Assembly: GCA_036172245.1 (NCBI GenBank)
Contig: JAYWIR010000004.1
Coordinates: forward strand, 4,092,001-4,156,000
Direction: 5' to 3'
DNA: 64,000 nt
DNA from: Raillietiella orientalis
Taxonomy: Eukaryota
Each line of letters starts with the position of its first letter. Position 1 is the stretch's first letter. The notes under the pieces were generated by a model. It ran no database searches, was not told the origin of the DNA, and saw nothing but the letters and a program-made list of their open reading frames with translations. Shown piece after piece: positions 1 through 12,700 of this stretch. The position numbers were made by a program, and so were the translations under genes.

Positions 1-793
1 GGTGTTTTGAAGAGCCTCATGTCGTATCCTCTAGCATCAGAGAGCATTCTACGGTCTACATCATTGCCATTACACAAAAGGTTATTCTACAGGATGTCCT
101 CCATTCTAGTACGGCCTGACTCTTCTATGTCGAGGGATGAAGCGCTTCGATGATCTTCGAGCTTTCTTGCGGTAATTCGAGAATCCGAATTCACCTCACG
201 ATGGCTTCTGTCATGACTCTCTTTATTTTTCCAGTGCGAGGGTGTCCACTGCGTGTTTTTCCCATGAAAGACCTTTCGGAATGAACTGAGATGGACCATC
301 CAATGAGATGAATTCTTTTAATCCTCAGCACACCCCTCAAATGAAAAGTTACAAAGAAAATGAGGCTGCATCGATAAACAGCCATCGCACATGGAGCACT
401 CAACTGGTGATGCGTAATGTGCACCGTGTGGCAAACACGACAATGTTTCGTACATATCAAACGAGGCATGGGATATGCTGGTCACGCACCGAGTCCGGCC
501 GAACTAATTACTGCTTGGCCAGCTCGAAAAGATTTTCAATTTCGTGAATGCGGCGATGCTGTCCGAGAAAGTTCGAGGCGAAGATGCTGGGTTTCCCTAG
601 CTCAGACAGGTGGGGTTGGGGTGGGGTGAGGGGGACGCAACACTTCATACCTCTCCACAGTGTCACACAGAGCTTTTCGTCGGCGACGTGTTTCCATTGG
701 CGTCCATATCTCTCCGGTGATCACCCACCTCCAAACGGATCCTGTGCCTTCAAAGCCGGAGTGGGTTGTGACGGTAGCAAGCTCACGGCTGTT

Positions 794-1050
794 GTCTAGG
801 AGGTAAAGGATGTGTAGGGAGGGAAATATGATTGATAGAAGGATGAACGAGGGGATAGAAGTTCAAATGAGTTCCATGAGGTGATTGTTGAGTAAGAGGA
901 GTAATTGGTGTAAGAATTTGATAGGTAGGTAAAGGTGCTGTATAGGCTTATTAAGCAGATGGTGATTAAGATAATTATGATGTAGTCGTGTAGTATAATG
1001 AGATGTTCCATGAGGGGGGAGTATGAGTTTTGGAATATGAGTGGGGTTAT
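794..1050 (-). pseudogene. COX2: NUMT: 5' part of mitochondrial cytochrome c oxidase subunit II, frameshifted
   Basis: With the invertebrate mitochondrial code the minus strand reads MTPLMFQNSYSPLMEHLIMLHDY..., then after a frameshift near 895-900 LNNHLMELIW(TGA)TSIPSFILLSIMFPSLHILYLLD. These match the COX2 motifs FQxSxSPLME, HD and EIIWTxxP...PSLxLLYLLD. C/A-rich mitochondrial-like skew. Homology stops at 794. Confidence 0.92.
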
Positions 1051-1329
1051 TACTAAGTATTATTAGTGGATAGCAAAATGAAAATCTTGTCAAATCATTT
1101 TGTGGAAGCCGACATTTCTCGGGACGCACTCATGCGCATTCGACAGCCACAAAGCACGTGCCCCACCCTTCCTTTTGTGTGCACGTGAGTTTCTTTCCTA
1201 CTCGATCCATTCACCTTTGAGGTGCACATGGAGACATCCGAGCTTGAATTTTTCTTCCTCTAATGTCATGCATGCATGACATATGAGAAGGTACCTCGCA
1301 TCTTATTGCAGATTTGGCTGCAGCAAACG

Positions 1330-2100
1330 AGTTTACAAGGAGTCAAGATCAGTAGAAGCGTTTCTAAGGCTTTCTACGCAGCTCTGTTCCCCGGGATCGA
1401 CGTGAGAGAAGCAGGGTGCATTCTTCTCATTCCCACTGCATAACTGATCCAAAGCAGCAAAATCGGTGAAGCCTTATTAGCGAATATCAGAGATTCAGTT
1501 TCCCAATCATTTCTTGGACGCGCATGAAGTGGCCTCCGAATCTGACAGAAGTCCTTTCATCCTTGAAGTAAAAAAAAAGGAAAAAGACAAAAAGGATAGA
1601 TGTCTTTCCGCAGGGAGTTAGAGATACAGTTTGTTTCTTGACGTCTCCAAGTTCGCGTAGGTCTGTAGGCACCTCACAACGCAACGGATCCAAAAAGAAA
1701 AGAAAAAAAAAAATCGAAGGGTCACTTCTTGTAGCTTCTTCTCGAAACTGCAGAACGCGATTTTGAGAGTTAGAACCTGCCATGCCAATCCAGTAGTCTT
1801 CAGTCGCGGAGTGCACGCGACGACCCGACAGTGAACGTGCACTATGCACCCCGCAGGCAGAAATCGAGCGATCAGCCGAACTATCTGAATCTGTTGCAGT
1901 CGGGATCGGCCTAGGGATGAAGAACGGATCACGGTTTTTCCTGATGTGCATCGACACTTGTGGAAGCGACCGCATTACGGACATATTCGTGTTTTGACGT
2001 CTGGAGCGGGCAGAAGTGCTGCTGCAAACTGATGTTGAGCTGGTCACATTCCAGAGAGCGTGGAGAACAGGACAGCACGTTTAGTACCCGAACGTTCTAG
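1330..2100 (-). pseudogene. Heavily decayed gene remnant, tentatively COG2-like
   Basis: Collinear minus-strand peptides in different frames (FSTLSGM, DQLNISLQQ, SFEKKLQEVTL, RCLQTYANL, W...SLTSIPGNRAA) resemble recalled COG2 motifs (STNLVGMD, NQLSVPLGQ, HCLRTYATI, PSLFNPGNP). Many stops and frameshifts. Confidence 0.25.
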
Positions 2101-2139
2101 AGAGCTGTTGCTTAGCATCAGCTCCGAGAGGTGCCTCAC

Positions 2140-3350
2140 ATCGAAATCCCGAATACGCAAATTCACTTTGACATGCATGTTTATTAGTATTTGTTAACAC
2201 GCATGTTATTTACATAATTTACGTGTTTACTGCATATTTGTATAGAGATTAATATGTGGATAAATACATACTGTAAAGATTATGAAATAAACACATATCA
2301 TTTGTTCTGAATATTAATATGTATACTGATATATAATAAGTATATTGATATATACATTAACATATAGAGTAATATCTATTTTAAAGATCTTAAAAAATAA
2401 ATGCATGTATATGTTTTTTTATGTAGACTGATATATATGTTTACATCTGGATTAAGATGCAAATTCATTTTAAAATACATATTTATTATGTAATTAATAA
2501 TATGCATCACTATATAATATTAAAATATACATTAACGATGAAGCTTATTATATATTATACTTATTATATATTAATATACGTATAATAAATATGTATGAAA
2601 TGAATATGCAAATATCGAATATGTATCAGATGATCGAAATCCCGAAAACAGACTTCGTCATTTCCTGAGAAAGGACTTCGATGACTCTTCGTCACCTATC
2701 GACTGTTGAAAATGGTAGGAAAATGAAATACAAAATTTCTTTTCTGCCTTTTCTATTTGTTTGTTTTTTCATTTTTGTTCCATTACTTTCAATGGTCGCA
2801 GCTGTTTTTTTATTTTTAAAAATTTGGCATTTATAAATGCATTTAATATGACTTGAATATAGTAACAAATATACATTAATGAATATGGTAAACACATGTG
2901 CTTATTTTTTATAATCTTAATGATATATATTCATCCATCTATCTATATTAATACATATCATAAAATCTATTTACATATTCATCCATTTATTAATCTATGC
3001 ATATATGTATCCATCTATATTAATGGATGTAATAAACGTATTGTTAATTATATTAGCGTACATACTGTTCATATAATTAATGATATATATGTTAATAAAT
3101 GTTAATATATATAAGTGCGTGTGTGTCTTCAAATAATATTGCTATTAGTAATATGTACGTTAAAATGTATTTATACATTAATTCATATGTAAATATATAT
3201 TAATATACATAATAAACACGTATATTTTTATAATATTTATAATATATATCAATCCATACATTAATCTACGTATTAATGTATATGATGAACACATGCATTT
3301 CCTTTTAAGATCTTTCGGGATTTCGTCGTTCGAGACTTTGGACCAAACCC
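2140..3350. mobile_element. AT-rich non-autonomous DNA-transposon-like element with CGAAATCCCGAA subrepeats
   Basis: CGAAATCCCGAA occurs at 2142-2153 (+), 2635-2646 (+) and 3314-3325 (-). The right end, reverse-complemented, reads GGGTTTGGTCCAAAGTCTCGAACGACGAAATCCCGAAAG. An inverted match AAAGATCTTAAAA..AAATGCATGT links about 2383-2408 with about 3290-3315. The interior is very AT-rich. Confidence 0.5.
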
Positions 3351-5285
3351 TTCAGGGTAATACGGGAACCTTGTAATCTTTGTAATGTTTTAGAACTCAA
3401 TTCTATGTCAGCTCACGAACTGCTTCAGTATGATCACCACAGCTGATTGAGCTGCGACCTCTAATGACGTCTTCCTACTTACATCGGCGTAAGAAATGGA
3501 GCCCTTTTGACCATAATTTTCTGGTGTAACTTGAGACCACGTGTACAGTACCTATGCGTGGTTAGAGTTGATTTCAAGGGATAAAACTGAAAAAATAAAC
3601 ATGTTAGCTATATTCATTTGTATAAAAATCTAAGTTAAAAACTAGCACTGTAATTCACCTTGAATCGTTGAACTTTGAATCCAATCCACAGAATCCATTA
3701 TTCAGTTACATAGGGAATTCTTAAGTTATCCTCGTACCCTGTTGAGACTATAGATAAAAAATCCTGAACTGATTAAATAATCTAAAATGACTGTACAAAC
3801 ACGAGGATGACGTGCGGTCGTAGAGGAATCTGCAAACGCGCGTGATGGAGGTCGCTGTGGTTCATGGGGTCTTGCAAGTTCAAGTCTTCTCGACCGAATT
3901 TTGCAGCAAGTTTAAAATAGACCAATGGCTCATCTCTGTATTCACAGAGAGATGTGAAAGTTTATCTCAATGACGACTCAAAGGCTAGGAAGGGTAGCAG
4001 TTAAAGTTGACCAAGTATTGTCCCTATGTAAGGAATGTGCAGTCAAAAAACAACCTCATGTTATCATCAAAACAAACAACGGAAGATACGGAATGGACAT
4101 TAAGGCAGCAGCATGTGGAGAAGAAGTAGTAAGCTTCAGATAAAAAGGCTCTGTACAATGAAAAAGATAAAAGACGGAATAGAAAGCTACAGCATTATTA
4201 TACAAGAAAGTATACCAAGCATCCATGTATTTCAGTACAGTCCTGACGAACCTATGCTACATTATATAGGAAATACATTAAGGTGCTATTTGTACCACGA
4301 AGAGGAAAAAAAAAACAGCTCTAGATCACTCACATTTGATGGTTGGTGATGGCTTGGAGTCAGATCATATGCAATTAACTCTATTTACTCCGGAAATGTT
4401 ACTAACGATTATTCTGCTATGTAAAAAAAAAGAGAATACTAATGAATACTGGAATTTATTCCCGAATGGAAATGCCTCAGCTGTCATACCATACCATCAG
4501 GGGATGTTACAGTCCTCAAAGCACAAACTCTCTCCCATGACGCCTTCAGTTCTTATTCGTAATAGTACAGCAAAAGTTTGACGTATCTTATCATATAAAT
4601 TGTAATTTCTCGTTATATTAATATACGTCTGATCTGCTTGCAACATCCTCACCTTTTCCTCCTCGAGCCACCCGTCATCCTCACTGCGAGTCCAGGTTCA
4701 GGACCGACAAATGTTGAAATATCATCTCGTCTGAAAGATCCATTTCTTTTCCAAGCATTCTCAATTCGTCTTTGAGAAAGTAGAGCCAAGATTTCCACTA
4801 GCCGAAGAAGCTTTCGAAAACAGAATTATTGTAGCAGCAGCTTCTACGGGTCTGCTAGGTAGTATATTCTTTACGGCTAGGAAACACCAATGACCTTCCC
4901 AAGGATACTGTAAAACTTGATCACTACCCAGGTGGCAGTAGATTTTTGGCTAGTTTATGCGTATTAACGGTCACAAATAAAGAGTTCATAACTAACTGTT
5001 CCTTCATTGAAACTTCACTGACCAGTCAACTACCATGAGTGAATAAAAATCGATTACTGCTGCCGGATATAGCCGTCCGTCCAGTTGTATAGTTAATATC
5101 AGGTGACTACCAACTAACCACTATTAAATTATGGAACACGATTTATGAGGAATAATCAGCGCCTTGATATAATTGCGGTATTTCAATGTGGTTACAAGTA
5201 CCGATTTTAGCTATAATCATTTACATCATTGTAATAGATAAATATCCAAATGTGTTTGCAGGACGTGCTCCATTGCCAATAGAGT

Positions 5286-5317
5286 TTCTCGGCCTTTTGG
5301 CTAAGATCAAAGAGTAG
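5286..5317 (+). pseudogene. U2: 3'-truncated U2 snRNA copy (about nt 6-37) with a 10-bp direct repeat
   Basis: TTCTCGGCCTTTTGGCTAAGATCAAAGAGTAG matches the U2 5' end (UUCUCGGCCUUUUGGCUAAGAUCAAAGUGUAG) with one mismatch. TAGAGTTTCT occurs at 5280-5289 and 5315-5324. Confidence 0.85.
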
Positions 5318-6775
5318 AGTTTCTGTACACATTGGAGAGGCGCCTTTTTTAATTAGCTCTAAGCAAAGCACCATGCTGGTAAATTTTTGCTAAGGATTCA
5401 GGACACATTCAACACAGGACGCAGCCGATGAGATAATAGATGGGATGAAGTGACTCGTTATAAGTTGTCAAGCTAGTGGTACTTACGATGCTGGAAAAAT
5501 TTCGATTCCATATCTAGTTAGAAGCGTTGAGCAGGAATTTTCTGACCGCCTAGTTTTGAAGGAGATGAAGAAAGCAGGTGATGTAAGGTGCTCATTCAAA
5601 CTTCAAGACGGAAAACATCCAAAACACGGAAATTGGCAGAGTCGGACAAACTAAGTTCCTAAACACGTTGGAATTGCATCAGCAGCCCAACGGGTTTTTC
5701 TTAAGAAGTTGGACAAGTGATCAACGTGTTACGATTTCCGAATGAAGTCGTCTAACAATCAGAGTTCTATGTCTTCGTTAGCGATGGGAATGTGAAAAGT
5801 TCTGCAATGATCTGCTAATGCCTCTAAGCTCAGACTTATTAGGCAAGGCCAGAATGTCTCATCCTGATGTCAGTAATGACGACTGTTGCACGATTTGCAT
5901 TTCAAGATGCCTGTTCCCGTGATAAGGGGGAAAAAAAAGCACTCAATAAAAGTCTTGCAGGGAATCCCGTCTCAAAGATCGGCCAATCTGACATCAGGGA
6001 CTCCAGTTGAGTGGGAAAGTGACTGTACATAGGTTGAACGAAAAAAGACATGCATTTTTTTTGAATATCAGTAGAAAACGTTTGCCCTCAGCTGATCTCG
6101 ATACAGACCACAGCTTCAAGGAGTCAAACGGACGCTACAGTTTCTCTGTGCCAAATATTACATTTGCTTCGAAATGCCAAGTGCCCCGTTTTTAATAATC
6201 CTAAGAGTTACGAAACTTCGAACTGTTTTTGATGCCCGATGGCTGGTTGCTGAGATGAATCATAATTCAGCATATGGAAAAGATTCTACTGATGTTACAA
6301 AAAGCCATCAGTAGGCTGCTGGAAGAAAGTCGAGTGCACATAGTTGATCAGAATGCCTAGCACACCGTTGTATCATTTTTTTTTGACTGCTCACAGAAAA
6401 TGTTGCTTTTCGTTCCATTTCTTTGTTTATAACTCGCCCTCTACCACCGACCTTTATTAATGATTTCTTTCCATCCATCTTGTCGCATATCCAATCGCAA
6501 GTACGGGCATAATGTATGATAACAGTGAGAAAAGTAAGCATCAAATGGTCCTAAAGAATTCGAAAACAATGCAGTAACTAAAAACCAAAGCCATAAAAGC
6601 AATCCAAATTTGAATTCCATGAAGTTGGCTGCAGTGTGAATTCTTTATGATACCATTCATTCATATCTGAAACATCTGTCTTAAAAATCCAGCCCGCCAA
6701 CAAATTCTTTCACTATTTACTTCTGTCTTTTAAAGGAGAACTACTCATGAAGATGGGGGGAAAGAAACGAAAACT

Positions 6776-6817
6776 TCAAAGATGTATATCAGAAGGAATT
6801 CTGATATACATCTTTGA
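6776..6817. repeat. Perfect 19-bp inverted repeat with a 4-nt loop
   Basis: TCAAAGATGTATATCAGAA-GGAA-TTCTGATATACATCTTTGA. Confidence 0.95.
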
Positions 6818-6989
6818 TATACAAAAGAGTGAACACTGTCGAGGAAAGAAGTGCCTTCAGGAGCCTTTGTGAATGCATCATGTTTTCCTGTCCAAGAATT
6901 GTTTCAAATCACATTCGGGATGAAGGAACCGCATAAATGCTTAGAGGCGACCTTTATGTTTCCAATCAAGAAGCCCAGTAGTGGCGGTA

Positions 6990-8261
6990 GGAAGTTTTTC
7001 ACTTCCCACTTTTTGACAACAAGCGCATCCTTTCCAAAACGGTCGCCCGGACAACCGCCTTTCTGGTTCCACCTCGTAGGGAAGCCTCAGCCGCCAACAC
7101 CAGGCACGAGCCGGTTCGCGGACCGACAAATTCGGCGACGAGCACTCCAGGCAGGGGGACAACCAGTTCCCGTTACGACACGCAGCACTCGCACGAAACG
7201 CGTGCTTCCTCCCGTCTTGGCGCACCCAGCGCGGCAGCCGTCGACTGCGTTCTTTCTGCTGCCCGCTTCCCTGCCGCTCTCTTCCTCCTCAGGCAGGTGC
7301 CTCGGTGAAAGCACGCGCACCGTCCTCCGGTTCGCAAGACGTTCCGACACGCCGCGAGCGAAAGTCCGCCCGACGGGCCCGGGTCGTCCCCGCGAGTGAC
7401 GCCAGGAACGGGTGGGCAGAAGGTGGCTTGCTTTCCATCTTCGCATCTTCCGGCGACGCGCTTCTTCTGCAGCTGCGACGGTGCATGCACGCAACAGTGC
7501 GACGAAGAGGGCGGCGGCGCGGCTGCAACGGCATGCCCGGACCCCGTTGCCTCCCTTGCGGCGGCGGCGCGCGCACCCGGTTCCCTGCGTCCGTCACCAG
7601 GGTGCAGGAAGAGCGCTCTTGCGCCCAGGTCCGGCGCGGCGCGACCGCGAGCACGCTGCTCGCCGTGTCCCATCGGAAAGCGCCATCCTGCCTTGTTTCC
7701 GCCTTCGCAGCGGAAGGCCGGCCGCACGTTGCCGCCTGGGCAGCAGCGCGGACGCGGAAGCCGTCGCCCCCCGGGCCGGCCCAGCCGTTGCCAAGCCGCC
7801 CCGAGAGTCTCCGGGCCGGAAGCGCGACGCCCGCCACCGCCGCCGCCGCCGCCGCCGCCGAGCTCCGTACTTCCGCCAGGCAGCCGGTGCCGTCGTTGGC
7901 ACGGCGCACGTCAGCGGAAGCGGAATTCGGGTCGTGAAGTTCTGCGAAGGCTGACGACACGGGTGCGCATTCGGAAGCGGCGGAGAGGACAGCCCGGGGC
8001 TGGGAGGGCCGAATGAGCAATTGGTCGCGCTAATCTTGCGAAGCATCTCGCCCCGCAACTCTTGCCATCCTGGGCCGACCCTCGCGGGACGGCAATCGAG
8101 AGGTGTGCTGCGGTCGCCTAATCGACGCAGCCATTCCCGGAACGGGGGTCATCATTTTCTTTCCTTTTCTTTTTTGTCTCCATCCTTGCCTCAAGTCGTC
8201 AGAGTAGCCCCGCACCTGATACGGAGAACGAGTTGTCAGCGGCGCCCAGCAAAAAGTCTGA
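6990..8261 (+). repeat. 1272-bp GC-rich repeat, copy A (inverted relative to 36288-37559)
   Basis: Reverse complement of 36288-37559. Paired coordinates always sum to 44549, so there are no indels. About 11 substitutions counted by eye. Confidence 0.97.
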
Positions 8262-8699
8262 TACGCCTAGGAGACGCCTAATTCTGTAGTCTCATGGACA
8301 CAAGAGTTCCAACGAGATGGAACAGTTCCATATGATTATTTCGAGTTTGATAGGCTCATCTCACATGCTTGTGCACACATACAGGTCATCGGATGTTTAT
8401 AGGGACTTCTAGATCGCTTCGATGTGGTGTGCCGAATGCTGATTTGGAGCTGATTTGTTGCTTATTCTCTCTTGTAGCATCATCAGTGGCAAGTTGGTGC
8501 AGTAAATGTATAGTCGTGAATCCTCGGTCAGACTGAGGGAATGAAAGAGGATTCGGATGCAGGCTGAGAACCTGAAACTTCTGAGCGAAGCTGAAGAACA
8601 CCAGTTGACGTTTTTGAAAGAACTACAAGACTAATCCGAAAGCAACAGATGTTGAAATCCCGCTTTTGTGCTTACTATCCGCTGTGTAGATGGTATGAG

Positions 8700-11600
8700 C
8701 TGATAAGCAAGTCGGGTTAAATTTTCAAGTGCGCGCTAAGTGACCACTGACCAGACTTCAGATCTTACTGTCCGTAAGCTCGCAAGCTCCCACAAATGTG
8801 TGTTCTCCATCGTGTCCCGATGTTTAGCACGCGTGGATGTGCCTAACCTTAACTTTGCATTCGTTCAGAACGCCGCAGTAGAAGAAGGAATCGCCACCAT
8901 CTGGTGGTTCGTTCTTGAGGTCTATTGAGTTCTGATGCCGTGTTCTTGCTTTCTGAATGCCTAACGCGAGCTTGAAAAGAGAAGTGGAGCTCTGATTTTT
9001 GGAAAGATTTGCTGTAGCCGGAAGGATGGGAAGTTTAATATTGGTACTTAGATCAAAGGGAATTTTTTTTTTTTTTTGGTTTTGTCTTCAGATGAAAATT
9101 GCGGATTTAATAACAGAGGGAGATGAAGTTCTTTTTATTCGCCATGTGGTGAAGCCACCCGAGCTCGAGTTTTCCCGTCCTAACAGTTGTTGGGTTTGAA
9201 TATTCAACAGCAGGATAACAGCTGATGCGACGGACCATTTCCATTTTCAAAATCTATGTTGAAACCGTTGTCGTGGTCCAGTGCATCTTCTCTGAAGCAG
9301 GGCAACGCAGATATAGGTACCTCGACGAGAGGAACAGCATGGGACGCTATTTTCCATCTTGCTGGTTTTCCGAACCATAAAGATAGAAGGAGTCATGAAA
9401 AAACGAGATGCTCCCTTCTCCCTTAAGCGCTCAACTCTGTGGCATTTGGCAAGTGCTCAAGGGGTTTACCCTCTATCTTTGACGGGAAAAATTGCACTTT
9501 CCTTATCAAAGAGCTTGGTCGCGACAATATGCCAGTTCACCCCCTCGATATTCTAAAAGTCCGTACCATTTTCTTTCCATCCGTACACCGAATCCCAGAT
9601 TCATAAAACTCAGGTCATTTATTCTCCCAAAGGAAAATCCTCCTGTTCCTCTGACAATCAAGGTAAAATCTGCTTCATGTGGGGGAAACGAGCCTACGCC
9701 TCTTCCTTCGTTTTCTTTTAGGCTTTTCTCTGATGCTTTTCCCGTGGGGGTTGTCCCAAAAGTCAAGGAACTTGGAGGGCTGACGATTTGAAACCGTGTC
9801 TTTGAATCCACAAAACAAACCCTTATTTACTTAATTCTCCCTTGGACCCTCTTTCTGGTCTCAAGAAACTCTTCTGGGTTTCTATTCAGGACTTGATGCA
9901 TAACATGAATGTCCACGAGCACCGTCGAAGTGTCCATCACCTGGTGATCTTGAAGATAGGATCAGCCACGGGGAAGACAAATGCAAGATGGCTCCTTCGA
10001 CACTTTTCTGAATCAAGGTTTCCAGACTGCCTTCGTGGGCACCGTTCTTCTTGGCCGGAGGCCCGGAATACTCACCAAATGCATGTTCTTGCTGTACTGT
10101 AAATTGATGCACTCTATCCTTCGCTTCAGCGGCTCCATTATATTGGTGATAACATCAACTAGTGCTCTCACCGAAGCCGGTACTACTCTTGCAGAGAAAG
10201 GAAAGGCAGCTTTCTCTTCTTGCTCTCCTCCTTTTGTTCCTTCTTTTCCAATTCTTCCAGAACCGTTTCCAAGTCCTCGCAAGGGTAGGAGGCATGGAAC
10301 GTGATGACCCGACTTCCGTTCCGGAGCACCAAGCCCTCATGTTGTTCGTGTTTCAGGAAAAGCCTAGAGGGCATCAGCTCCCATTTCTTCCTTGGAGTCG
10401 CTTCCCTGATTTGGTCGGCCAGATAGTCATGCCCCTTGACGGTGAAGGTAGAATCTCTTACGCAGCTTTTGCGAGCCCTGGAGCGTGCAATTATGACTCT
10501 TCCCACGCCAAAGACCGCTTCTTGTAGGCACCGCCGACCCGAGCAGCATGCATGAAGCGGTAACTGGAAAACTCAGTGACCCTCCGTATGAAGGAAACAG
10601 TTGAAGCACCGTGTTGTCCAACGCAGGGTCTGGTTCTTCCCTGATCGAGCCACTCCTTGGCAAGGGATTGCCACAATTCTCTGCTCTGGAGCATGTGCCG
10701 CGTTGAGTCTTCGCGTTCCGGTCGACGCGAGCTCTTCAACCGCTACTTTCCGGCCACCTCCCCTGGTAGGCATGAATCTGGCCAGGTGCTCGACGACCTG
10801 ATCTTCAGATCATTCTCTGATCAGCGGCCTGCTCCTCTTTCCGGATGTGCTGCCGAAAGTGGACAGCCCAAGGGCTGATGTCGAGGGTGAGGCTCGAAAG
10901 ATGGATGGTCCCCAGAACAAGCGCCAGACGCCTGATGGCAAGCAGTGCGAAGATTCCTCCTTCTGCAGACTTTTGGAATGCGGGCTGGCGGGGAATCGGA
11001 ACGGGAATGAGCCCGTGGCTAAGTAGCTGACCTCTCTGCGAAGAAAATGCGTGTGAGGAAGAAGAACGGAGGAGAGATGCAGCAGTAGGGAAGCACCGGC
11101 TGGTCCCGTAGTCGGAGGGAAGACGTGGGGTCGTTCACCTCTCTACGAACGAAGCAACGAGCTGACCGTTTTGAGCGAGTTGGCACTCATGCCCCCTATT
11201 CCGACGCCTCTGCTCCGAGCGGACCGTGAACCCATGAAGGCGTAGGGCCATGTTTCCGCCAGCGCCGCTTCCCACAATCAGGCAGGTACTGCTGTCCCGT
11301 CAGACACAGGTTCCCACCTCCAGACTCCAGGGAGCTTCGCTGCGGATCTCCGAAGACGAACTGCAGCTCTCGAGCAGTGAGTTCCATCTTCCTGGACCAC
11401 ATCCAATCGGATCTCGGGAACTTTGCCACTGGTAGCTGCTTCAAGCTGTTCCACATCGCCAGAACCCAACCTTCTTGAACCATTCCCGGTCTGATTCCCT
11501 GCAGTCCAGAGGTGGCGAAAAGAGCCGAATCGCCACCCACACTGAAGAGAGAAAAGGATTGTGGTGCCCTGACCAGCTTACGTTATCGCCCGGTTGCCCT

Positions 11601-12700
11601 CCGAGGAATCCTTCCCCGTTTCCTTCATTCCCGTCTGGGAAGGTCTCACCGTCTCGAGCTGCACTCGAAAGACTCGAACCCCGCCTCGGGGTCGCTGTGG
11701 TTCGAACCGTGGATAGTGGATCTCTTCTGCTCTTTGAGGAAGGGTCTTGCCCTCCCTCCCCACATGATTCACTGCTCAGGCGAACTCTTCCATCCCTCTA
11801 CTGTCCCGCCAGTACTCCGCCATCTTGACGTTCTCCTCCGACGAGGAGCGATGCTACGCTTCCACGCGGGGGGAAGGGGGGTTGCCAGGGAATGTGCGCG
11901 GTGTGTCCAATATGCGAAAGACCCTTCGCACGAGTTGACTGGGACAGCGTGTGGAAGACTCGGAGACTTTCCCTGGTAGCGTGCTCTCCAAGAGCTTGCT
12001 GAGGGAGGACGTTTGAGCCTCTTCGTCTCCAGAGGGTGTGGGATGGCAGAGGAGCGATCGCTTGAGGCAAGGCGCAACGAATTGTCTTCAACGGACGGAG
12101 TGCGAAAAGAGAGGCTGCCGGAAGGAGGTGGAGGAAGACACGGAATGAATCGGCACCGTCGTGGCATTCCTGTTTCCCTCCGGTTTCGACGCGGGGAGCC
12201 CCCTGGGTGGTCAAGCCGTCCCCTGCTCTGCCTATCGGAGCCCCGACCTCGCCTCCCCGGATGCTCTTCACTCTTCATTCCCTCCCGGACTGCTCATACG
12301 GTGACAATGCGGCTCTTCCGTCTCGCTCCAGACGTCTCCCTAAAAAATTTCGTTTATCTTTTCAACGGCGTGGTCCAGAACATCTGGGAGGAAGATCGGA
12401 TTTCGGAAGAGCTGCCCGGAGCTCGAGGTAACTGCCTTGACTTCAGAGTGAGCGCCGGTGACCGAGAAATGGCTGGATGCTGCGTTCCGGGCGAGGGGAC
12501 AAAGACCGAGGTCGCGTCCGGGACGGGAAGCTGCGAGCGGAGACTTCGTCCCCAAGCTAGAGGTTGCGAGGAGACCCCTCCCGCTTCGCACCCGCGCTTC
12601 CTCCGCAGGAGTGGTTCCCGGATATCCCCGGGAGTCCCGGACGCGGACGAGCGAGGACCGAAGGTTTCGAAGCCGTTCAGGCATCCTGCAAGGAAGGGGA
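8700..12700 (-). pseudogene. Decayed multi-exon coding-like region, product unidentified
   Basis: Protein-like minus-strand segments are broken by stops and frameshifts (GQLFRNPIFLPDVLDHAVEKINEIF; HMLQSRELWQSLAKEWLDQG; TFHASYPCEDLETVLEELEKKE; DLKNEPPDGGDSFFYCGVLNECK). There is a pyrimidine-rich acceptor ttttcttcgcag near 11036-11047. Confidence 0.3.

Noticed and set aside
1050..1100. Possible mitochondrial tRNA upstream of the cox2 NUMT (TTTTCAT loop)
   Set aside because: The anticodon stem does not pair convincingly.
8257..8270. CTAG near the inner end of both repeat copies (Helitron 3' end?) and a TCTGATACG match to U2
   Set aside because: No A|T insertion context or clear subterminal hairpin; a 9-bp match is expected by chance.
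6851..8281. Many overlapping 130-240 aa ORFs in the GC-rich repeat and its copy
   Set aside because: Open in several frames on both strands because of high GC; Arg/Ala/Pro-rich with no recognisable domain.
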